64,000 nt of DNA, from the NCBI RefSeq assembly GCF_009914755.1, contig NC_060927.1; one strand, 5' to 3'. Positions 51,092-64,000 of the stretch are shown here, piece by piece (position 1 is the first letter of the stretch; the number at the start of each line of letters is the position of its first letter). Position numbers and translations under genes: made by a program. This DNA comes from the human T2T-CHM13v2.0 reference genome, Homo sapiens. The notes under the pieces were generated by a model. It was given only the letters and a program-made list of their open reading frames with translations. It made no database searches and had not been told where the DNA came from.

Positions 51092-51289
51092 ATTCCTTTT
51101 TACTTTGTAGAAATGGGGTCTCTCTATGTTGCTCAGGCTGGGCTCGAATTCCTGGGCTCAAGCTATTCTCCCACCTCAGCCTCCTGAGTAGCTAGGATCA
51201 CAGGTGTGTGCCACCGCATCTGGCTAATTTCTTATTTTTAAAATTTCTGGAGAGACAAGGTCTCGCTATGTTGTTCAGGCTAGTCTTGA

Positions 51290-51716
<427 letters not shown>

Positions 51717-52297
51717 TGAACAAAATGTGTTTATGAAACACCACTAGTATAGACAATTAAAATTCTGAAAGGTATTGCCAAGTTTTATCCAAAAAGTGTG
51801 TACTAAAGTATGTACCAATATATACATTTTTTGGTTTTTTTTTTTTTTTTTGAGACGGAGTCTGGCTCTGTCACCCAGGCTGGAATGCAGTGTCACGATC
51901 TTGGCTCACTGCAAACTCTGCCTCCAGGTTCAAGCAATTCTCCTGCCTCAGCCTCCTGAGTAGCTGGGACTACAGGTGCATGCCACCACCCCTGGCTAAT
52001 TTTTTGTATTTTTAATAGAGATGGGGTTTCATCGTGTTAGCCAGGATGGTCTCGATCTCCTGATCTCGTGATCCACCAGGCTCGGCCTCCCAAAGTGCTG
52101 GGATTACAGGCATGAGCCACTGCACCAGGCCCAATATATACATTTTCAAGCCTCTGGTGATACACTACTTAATTGTTCTCCAGAAAACATGAACCAATTG
52201 ATGCTGTCTCCAACAGTGAAAAATAATGCCTGTGTATTTTTTATTAAAGGATAACTTTTCAAACAAGTTGTCATTGTGACTGACATACATATGTTAA

Positions 52298-52657
<360 letters not shown>

Positions 52658-52728
52658 TAACTCATTAATTAATGAGGGAACCAGTAAGATTTTACAAGTT
52701 CAAAGGAGAATATAAAGTACCACACTTA

Positions 52729-52868
52729 CATGATAAATGTTAGAGGTAATGAATATCCCAATTATCCTGATTTGATCATTATACATTGTATACATGTATC
52801 AAAATATCACATATATCACAAAATACATACAACTACTACATATCAATTTTAAAAATTAAAAAATAATA
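52729..52868 (+). mobile_element. Short L1MA 3' end with 16-bp TSD
   Basis: cctgatttgatcattatacattgtatacatgtatcaaaatatcacat; TSD taaagtacca(c/t)actta. Confidence 0.85.
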
Positions 52869-53011
52869 AAGTACCATACTTATATAGGTCAGGAATGCTG
52901 AAATGAATTTACAAATAGATGTAAAACTGGCCTTTTTTAAAAAGGGGTTGGGTGGGGAAAGAGAATTTGAAGTCTAGGGGCAATTACATTTGCATTTCTA
53001 TCCATTATCTA

Positions 53012-53314
<303 letters not shown>

Positions 53315-54912
53315 TCATCTTTTGTTGCATTTTAAAGTCTTTCACAGTTTTTCCCTACACTCTGGGCAAACTTATCTTCTATAAATCTTTATATTTACAG
53401 AAACCTATATTTTCATTAAAAAAGAAAGAAAAGAGGCCAGGCGCAGTGGCTCACGCCTGTAATCCCAGCACTTTGAGAGGCTGAGGCGGGCGGATCACCT
53501 GAGGTCGGGAGTTGGAGACCAGCCTGACCAACATGGAGAAACCCCGTCTCTACTAAAATCACAAAAAAATTAGCTGGGCGTGGTGGTGCATGCCTGTAAT
53601 CCCAGCTACTCGGGAGGCTGAGGCAGGAGAATCACTTGAACCCAGGAGCTGGAGGTTGCGGTGAGTCAAGATCACGCCATTGCACTACAACCTGGGCAAC
53701 AAGAGCAAAAACTCCGTCTCAAAAAAAAAAAAAAAAAAAAAATCCAAGCAACCGGAAAAACAATGACCTGCAAAAAAGTCAGGGAGCTGTTTCTGAACAT
53801 CAGGCCCAATGGCTAGACAATAGCTGGATTTTACCCAGAGAAACTTTTTTTTTCTTACCCAGATAAACTTCTGATCTCATTATTGTTATTATTTTACCAG
53901 CCAGATGTTTTGACTCTGTTTGGAAATACAGATATTTTAATCAGGATCATATCGACAATGATAAATTTGGGAAAATATTTCTTGAGCAGGCTCCACTAAG
54001 TCTGTTTAATCCCTTCACACATTTTCTACACATTATTACTAAAGTGATTTTTTTCATTTAAAATTTATTTTCAAAAATAATAATTTGAAAAAACCCAAAT
54101 ATTTAAACACTATTTTATTGAGGTTATTATTGTACATTTTATTTTAAAATATTTAAATCTTTGACCATTTTTATACTAAATATAACTATAGCTTTTCTCA
54201 ATCTGAATTTTATTTTGTGGCATTTATTGCTATCAAATCTAGTTTTCTTGGGTCAAATTTTTATATTTTGATGTTGTGGTGAAATTTTATTTTTTTGTCA
54301 ATTTTCAGTTAGTAACAACTTACTATGGTCAGTTTTAGCTATAATTGGTTTTATTTTATCTCAGTTAGGTTTACCAAGTCTGCTTTTTCCTGGATCAGAT
54401 TTGACCAAAGGTGACATCATAGCATGATGTCAAGGTCTGAAATTTTAAATTTAGCCCTATTTTACCCTTCCAATTATTTTGTATGCCAAATATTTACTCT
54501 CCATGTTATGCTATGTTATGGACAAAGAGCAAAGAATGTCCTCAAAGTCAAAACTTCAGGATCAAAGACATTCAGTTAGGTTTATGAGGCCTGATCTTCC
54601 TTTTTTTCTTTTTCTTCTTTTTTTTTCTTTTTTGAGACAGAGTCTTGCTCTGTCACTCAGGCTGGAGTGTAATGGTACTATCTCGGCTCACTGCAACCTC
54701 CGCCTCCTGGGTTTAAGTGATTCTCCTGCTTCAGCCTACAGGCGCCTGCCACCACGCCTGGCTAATTTTTGTATTTTTAGTAGAGATGGGGGTTTCACTA
54801 TGCTGGCCAGGCTGGTCATGAACTCCTGACCTCAAATGATCTACCCACCTCGGCTTCCCGAAGTGCTGGGATTATAGGAGTGAGCCACCCCGCCTGGCCG
54901 AGGCCTGATCTT

Positions 54913-55440
54913 TCATCCATCCACCCTTCCACTCACTCATCCACTTGCCCACTCGCTCATCCACGTAGCCATTCATCTATTTTTCCACCCACTCATTCAT
55001 CAACTCAACACTAATCTACCCCATCCAACCACCATTCATCAATCCATCAACCTATATAATCCATCCATTCAGCCATCCATCCATCGATCCTTCTATCCAA
55101 CCACCTGTCCGTCCATTCATCCATTGATCTGTTTACCTCTTCATTAATCTATCCAAGTGGTTCTCAATCGGGGCAATTTTGCTCCCTGGGGATATTTGGA
55201 AACGTGTAGAGATATTTTTGGCTGTCATAATGGACAGTAGGGGGTTTGGGGGATGCTACTGGCATCTAGTGGGTAAAGGCCAGAGATGCTGCTAAACCTC
55301 CCATTTAACACATAGAACAGCACCCCTACCCCAACAACAAATAATTATTTGGCCTAAAATGTCCATGGTACCAAGGTTGAGAACCCCTGCTCTACCTTGT
55401 CCAGTGATCCACCCATCTATTCATCCATAGTCATCCATCT
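54913..55440. repeat. Degenerate (CATC)n tract, interrupted by MER20
   Basis: Read directly. Confidence 0.85.
55154..55389 (+). mobile_element. MER20 hAT-Charlie MITE
   Basis: agtggttctcaa...tgctactggcatctagtgggta...ggttgagaacccctg. Confidence 0.9.
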
Positions 55441-55873
55441 AAATGTTTATTGAGCACCTATTGCAATGTCTCTCAATATATATATATTTTAAGAGACGGG
55501 GAGTCTCACTAGGTTGACCAGGCTGGTCTTGAACTTCTGGCCTCAAGTGACCCTCCTGGCCTCAGCCTCCCAAAGTGTCGGGATGATAGGCATGAGCTAC
55601 CGCACCCAGCCTGTCTCTCAATATTGACTGCAAATCAGAATCACCTGTGGAGCATGTACAACATAGCTACCACCCAGATATCACCTTGGACTATTCAGAG
55701 CTTTATAATAAGAAACTATGGAAGTTTATGAATTGAAAGGTTATAAGTAGAGAAGCTTCTGTGCTTGTTTTTAAGAGAGTACGTGTTATGAAATAGTTGC
55801 CAATTGGCCGGGTGTGGTGGCTCATGCCTGTAATCCCAGCACTTTGAGAGGCTGAGGCGGGCGGATCACCTTA

Positions 55874-56137
<264 letters not shown>

Positions 56138-56242
56138 CTAATTAAGGTTAACGGCTCATCAACATATTAATCAGGTAAACAGTGCATGCCAAAGGTGAAG
56201 AACAAATATATATACAAGTTTCCTTCTATGGGGCAGGGGCCA

Positions 56243-56416
56243 AGGGTGTTTTCAACTCAGTGTGCACATTAGAGTCACTTGGGGAGCTTTTAAAACATAC
56301 TGAGGCTCAGGTCCCAGAGGCTCTGATTTAATTTATCTAACATGTGGCCTAGGCATCAGGATTTTATAAAAGCACTCCAGTTGATCATAATATGCAGCCA
56401 GGGTTAAGAACAGCTG
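56243..56416. mobile_element. MER5A/B MITE
   Basis: gcacattagagtcacttggggagcttttaaaa...atgcagccagggttaagaac. Confidence 0.85.
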
Positions 56417-57239
56417 TCTCAGAGCTCAAAAATGCACCTCCCTTTTTCTTTGTTGTGTGTGTGTACATAACACGTTTTCTTTTTCACTTTATTCAGAGCC
56501 CAGTCTTTTTTTTTTTTTTTTTTTTTTAGAGTCTTTCTTTGTTGCTCAGGCTGGAGTGCAGTGGTACAATCTTGGCTCGCTGCAACTCCACTTCCCAGGT
56601 TCAAGCGATTCTCCTGCCTCAGCCTTCGGAGTAGCTGGGATTAGAGGCATCTACCACCATGCCTGGCTGGTGTTGAACTCCTTACCTCAAGTGATCTGCC
56701 CACCTTGGCCTCACAAAGTCCTGGGATTACAGGCATGAGCCACCGTGCCTGGCCCAGAGTCCAATCTTAAAATAAGGTTTGGCATAAGAATTTGCCCTTA
56801 GATTATTGGTTTGCCCTTTTTTTTTTTTAATTTTTTGAGACAGGGTCTCACTGTTTCACCCAGCTGTAACACCCAGCTAATTTTTTAAAATTTTTAGTAG
56901 AGATGGGGTTTTACCATGTTGGCCAGGCTGGTCTCGAACTCCTGGCGTCAAGTGATCCGCCTGCCTCGGCCTCCCAAAGTGCTGGGATTACAGGTGTGAG
57001 CCACCGTGCCCGGCCAGAGATTGGTCTTAAAATGCCATGACAGTCAGCATTAATTGGAGAGAGATAATATTGGCCCAAATGCTGCCTCTTCAAATCCAAA
57101 ATCCATTTTGGGGAGTGGAGAGGGAGACTAACATTGGTTGTATGTGTGCATGCATGTATATGTATGTGCGTGTGTGTGTGTACAAGCTAATCACCTATCA
57201 AACATAATGCTGGGTACATTCGCATCTTTATTTTCATAG

Positions 57240-57445
57240 TTATTGTTACTGTCATGGCTGTTTCAATTGGTTGAGGACCTGCTGTGCACTTCACATCATT
57301 CCACAAAGCCCTACAGTGATCATGGTTCTATACACAAGGAAAGGAAGGCAGAGAAATTAGACAACTTACTCAATGTCAAATGTCAGTAAGATACAGAATC
57401 CCAATCTAAACTCAGGTGTCTCTGGCCCAAAGCCTGTGATCTGTC
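57240..57445 (-). mobile_element. MIR
   Basis: gaaaggaaggcagagaaattagacaacttactcaatgtca...aaactcagg. Confidence 0.6.
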
Positions 57446-57714
57446 CCTATTTTGTATTGCTTCATAAAAGTGCAATCCACTGACCAACAATCAAGCCCAG
57501 ACCGATACTCCCTGGGCCCAACTAGTGCGGACCAGGTGGATTGGAACTTCCCTGCAGTGCCAGAGGAAATAGCAATAGAGGTATCTGAGCTCTTTGGATT
57601 AAAGATAATGGAACATAGGAGGGACTCTCCAGAGCTTTTTGTCCTACCTTGAATCTCAGACCTCTAGAAAGAAACTTTGGGTGCTATACTGATTCAATTG
57701 TATCCTTTTCATTA

Positions 57715-57870
<156 letters not shown>

Positions 57871-58319
57871 TTAAAAAAAAAAAAATTAGCCAGGATTTTT
57901 AGTGGGATGATTGCTTGAGCCCATTAAAAAAAAATTAAAGCTGTTAAAATAATGTTATATATATCATACATATATTCTTTTTTATGCTTCTTTTTTGTTT
58001 TCTTATTTTTACTTTTCTCCTCAAATTCCATTTACATATATATATATAGACAGGGTCTCACTCTGTTGTCAGGTTGGAGTGCCACCATGCCCAGCTAATT
58101 TTTTATTTTATTTTTATAGACATGGGATTTTGCCATGTTGCCCAGGCTGGTCTCGAACTTCTGGGCTCAAGCAATCCTCCTACCTCAGCCACTCAAAGTG
58201 CCAGTATTACAGTCATGAGTCACTGTGCCTAGCCTAAGTATTTTAAGATGTTATCATTTCATTGACAAGCCCACAAACAATATATCAACTATTTTTTTCT
58301 TTGGCTCCATTCGTGTATG

Positions 58320-58620
58320 TGTGAATTTGTGTGTTTATGCTGGGAAGTCCTGGGAAAGTTCCATTTAGTGGAAAACATGCCCAGAGGAGTTGTTCTACCC
58401 AAAGGGGAGAAAGTTGAGATAATAATCCACTGATTTATTGGTTGAGGGTTGCTCCTAAAGGTGTCGTTAACTCCCTGGCATTTGGAACTACCCTGAAGCA
58501 GATGAACACCTATGTAGACAAAGCCTTTATGTGGAAAGTTGCAGATGCTTTCACTAGGAAGCCATTAGCAGGAATGGCAAGTGCAAGGGACTGTGTCAAG
58601 GCATGACAGCATCTGCTACA
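58320..58620 (-). mobile_element. LTR33-like ERVL LTR
   Basis: attggttgagggttgctcct...ttaactccctggca...cagcatctgctaca. Confidence 0.65.
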
Positions 58621-59008
58621 GAATGTGACATTTAAAGCCGGGTGTGGTGGCTCATGCCTATAATCCCAGCATTTTGGGAGGCTGATGCAGGCAGACCACT
58701 CGAGGTCAGGAGTTTGAGACCAGCCTGGCCAACATGGTGAAAAACCCCGTCTCTACTAAAAAAAAAAAAAAAAAAAAATACAAAAAAAAAATTAGCTGGG
58801 CGTGGTGGTGCGCGCCTGTAATCCCAGCTACTTGGAGGCTGAGGTGTGAGAATTGCTTGAACTCAGGAGGCAGAGGTTGCAGTGAACAGAGATCGCACCA
58901 CTGCACTCCAGCCTGTCAAGAGAGTGAAACTCTGTCTCAAAAAAGGGCCGGGCGTGGTGATTCACGCCTGTAATCCCAGCACTTTGGGAGGCCGAGGCAG
59001 GCGGATCA

Positions 59009-60012
<1,004 letters not shown>

Positions 60013-60286
60013 TTTCTAGCTCACCTCTTCACCAGTGATGAAGCCTTCAGGGTGCCATCTTTATTCAGGCAGTCCCATTTCCAGCTTCCTATATGGCATG
60101 AACTGACGTCTTATTTCTCATACTTATGTGGACATTTAACCTTCAAAAGTAACAATCCGCTCACATACCTTCTCCTAGTCCCTAGAAGACATAGCCAGTT
60201 CACACGCTGACCACTCAGGTTTTCAGTTCCTCCTTTATGTTCAGCTCCTGACAGTTCCCTTTCTTGCTTGCAAATCTTACTTTGTA

Positions 60287-60883
<597 letters not shown>

Positions 60884-61176
60884 TAGCAGGAATGTTTTCA
60901 GATTATCTCACCTGTCACATTGTTGCAACTGGAAGTCCCTCCAGGGGTGACTTGGCTGGCAAATTAACTCAGCAGGAACTATTTTCTGGAATGACAGACC
61001 CATCTGAATGAACACAACACCCCTACCTTCCTGCCATACTGGAAGCATCGACTCCTGGAAGCATCAGTCAGGGGAAGAGAAAGGAGCTGGAGGAGGGAGA
61101 GGGCAGAGCCCCCAAGGCAATCCTATCACTTTCTTCAACAAAATCCATGTCCATCTGCTGATGGGCTGAAGAGCAG

Positions 61177-61790
61177 AATCACAGGGTTTTTGATTGGATA
61201 GATACTATCCAGTTCAACCTTCAACCAGGTGCAACCTCCTTGCCAGACAGCCTACTGCTGCAGGGCCCTCACTAATGACTTCATGCCAGGACTGCTCTCA
61301 TTTTAAGCCTCTTCTTATTTTGAGATAACAATCTTAGCCAGGAGAGGTGGCTCACACCTGTAATCCCTTGGCACTTTGGGAGGCTGAGGTGGGAGGATCG
61401 TTTGAGCCCAGAAGTTTCAAGACCATTCTGGACAACATAGTGAGACTCCATCTCCAGAAAAAATTTAAAAAACTAGCCAGGCATGGTGGTGCGCACCTGT
61501 AGTCCCAGCTACTCAGGAGGCTGGGGTGGGAGGATTGAGCCCAGGAGGTTGAGGCTGCAAGGAGCTGTGATGGCACCACTGCACTCCAGCCTGGATGACA
61601 GAGTGACACCCTGTCTCAAAAACAACAACAATAACAACAAAACCTTTGGGAAAAATGTTTGCTACTCATTCAGCCCACATCCACATCCTCTTGCTTTCCC
61701 TTCTACCTGGCAGCCCCTCATGGCCTCTGTCACATTTCTCTTCCTCTTCAGGTAAGCAGACCTAGTTCCTTCCATCTTTCCTCATACAAA
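61177..61790. mobile_element. Very old L3/CR1 remnant
   Basis: ttctcttcctcttcagg...cctagttccttccatctttcctcata resembles the CR1 3' region. Confidence 0.45.
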
Positions 61791-63810
61791 GTGGTCCCAG
61801 AGCTAGATATCACCCATCAGAAGTGATGTATTTTTCTCTCACAGCTTCCCATGACAGGACTGCCAGGTGAGCAGAACCTCCTCTCCCACTGTTGGAAGAA
61901 TAACAGAAACCTCAAGGCCCTGATGAGGGTGTCAGACGGGGGAGCACCCACAGAGTGTCAGGCCAAGGCCTTGACCCATAAGAACAGAAGAGGGGGTGAG
62001 ATACAATTCCAAGGAAGCACTGAAACTTTTCACTCAGTGGAGACTTGGTTTACCAACCCAGGGGCGTATCAGTCAGCCTGGAAGGCCCCAGAGGGCCTGA
62101 GTTTGTTCTCTGAGCAAAGTAATGAACTCTTTCCCTTTGGTGCCACCACCAAGGGCCCAAGCTGCAGCCTGGTAACTTGATAGAGAGTGATATCTTCTCT
62201 CTTCCCTGCTCAGCCTTGACAGTGATCCCAGTTCCTATTCAGGGTAAATCGTTCACTTTCACTTCTGCTCAGTGCAGCCTACACGGAGAGAGAAAGCGGG
62301 GAGGGGAGGCACCCTGGTGCCTGGTGGCCGTGCATGCTGCGTAGGGAAGGCCGTGGTGTTCTGGAAACATGCAGAGGACATGTCTCCCAGAAGCTGCTCA
62401 TTTATTCCCTGGTACATGGAGCCAGCTCTGCCTCATCCCTTTCTGGTCTCTGTGGCTAGACCTTATCCTCCCCTGGTTGCCAAATGAAGGAGGGCCTCCT
62501 CCTGTCTTCTTCACTGGCTCAGAAACACAGAAAAGATGTCTTGAGAGAACTTAGGGTCTGAGGGAGCTGTGAGAAGCAGAGCTCCTCAGACCGAGCTCAC
62601 CACCCCCACCCTAGGATGTCTATCCAGGAAAGGGGCTGACCAGTGTGACAAAGGCCTGCCAGGAGGAGCCTGGCTGAGCTACTTTTCTGCCTTCCTACTT
62701 GAGACTCAGTTCTGACCTCACACATACATAGAGAATATGTCCTTTCAGACAGGAAATAAGACAAAGTTCTCAGATGAGCACTGAAAGTCCAAACTAGAAA
62801 GTTATTTTATCCTGTCCCTGCATATAAGACAGTGAATTAAAACCCAAAGTGCTCTGTGGAGATGAGCAAGGTTGTCCTTGGAGGATGCTCCTCCCAACAT
62901 GCAGGCCAAATGTGTTCTCTGTGCTGGGTCCCAGCATTGGAGTAGAGGGGGCTGCAGCTCTGGGCAGGTGGTTGAGCAGCTCCACTACAGTAGGTGGGAG
63001 TTGCTGGTCTTGTCCTTTAAGGTACTGGCGATGAGGTTCTATTTTCTATGTGCCTGCTGGAGGCCCATCATGGTTTTCAAGTAATTATGCTGGACACAGA
63101 GGGAAGAGAAAACAGGAACTTATTAGGAGGGACAGACATAGCAGGGACTCAGACCAGGCCACTCACATTCACCCTATCATTCCTCCTGCAAACATCATGG
63201 GTTGTGGACAAGGATTCCTTCTGAGTAGCCCCAATTCTCTGAGAAATAACATCCATTCAAACTCTTTCATTCTTTTATCCTAAAGAAAGTGTGTAAAACT
63301 ATTTTAAAACAGTCTGGCAGGCATATTTGAAAGGAGGCATATAGGTTTCAAGGGCATTCTTGGGAGTTTCTGATAGGGAATAGGTTCAGAAAGAAAAGAA
63401 GAGGGTTCTATCTCCAGAGGAGTTAGGGGCCAGATATTCAGAAGGGCCCTCTCTTTGCCACTGCAATCAATCAGATGTTCACAAATTATACCTTTTTAAT
63501 GCATCACTAGGCTCTTAGAAAGCAGGTGAAAACTGTAGGCTGAAACAGAAACAGTGGGCTGTAAGCCAGCAAACGCTAAAACTAGCTTGGAACATGGAAT
63601 CTTAGGTTCCCCACAAAGTAGGAGTCTGAATTGAAGCTCCCATATTAAACTGGAATTCTTGAAGAGGGTTAAAATGGTCCTGGGTTGGTAATGCCCCATG
63701 GGTAACTGCAGAAAGCAAGTGCAAACCTTTTCAGGGGGAAAATAATTTCTATTTATGTGTTCAGGTCTCCTTGAGCTTAAGTTCAATCAAACACAAGGTC
63801 ACGATTTCAA

Positions 63811-63839
63811 TACACACACAAACACACACACATACACAC
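63811..63839. repeat. Imperfect (CA)n
   Basis: Read directly. Confidence 0.9.
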
Positions 63840-64000
63840 GCCACTGTCAAGCCACCATGAGACTCAGTAAAACAGGAAACAGATTTTGACCATGAAAAAT
63901 CTGATCTATATGTTTCCTATATAAAAGTATATATTTAAATAACTAAAACATAGAATTGAAAGAACATGGAATGGTTCGAGTATAACATTTGCATAAAAAG

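Noticed and set aside
57452-57652. Non-Alu 66-aa ORF with a possible donor
   Set aside because: Isolated, weak acceptor, no recognisable homology.
61733-61757. Recursive-splice-like motif (pyrimidine tract CAG|GTAAGC)
   Set aside because: It lies in an L3/CR1-like remnant, and there is no evidence of a plus-strand host transcript.

Overview
Primate, human-like euchromatic DNA. It is extremely Alu-dense (roughly 120 Alu copies or fragments counted by eye, AluJ/S/Y types), with no CpG island and no intact protein-coding gene. Almost every ORF in the supplied track is an Alu translation artefact. The rest is a nested fossil record of two decayed ERV1-class proviruses, an ERVL pol remnant, MaLR and solo LTRs, L1, L2, MIR, L3 and DNA-transposon MITEs. 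The main non-obvious result is that the small unique-sequence islands between about 3.1 kb and 46.8 kb repeatedly hold minus-strand segments bounded by a polypyrimidine-AG acceptor and a GT donor. Read in order they look like about 17-18 exons of a long-dead, spliced (non-processed, possibly unitary) protein-coding gene. It starts below a CRE embedded in a 17-bp-period repeat array and ends in a stop codon followed at once by AATAAA. One exon is split by two Alu insertions. I cannot name the protein family, and the reading frame of the 5' exons is uncertain. Repeat subfamily names come from remembered consensus sequences and need RepeatMasker/Dfam confirmation. Repeat boundaries are approximate.
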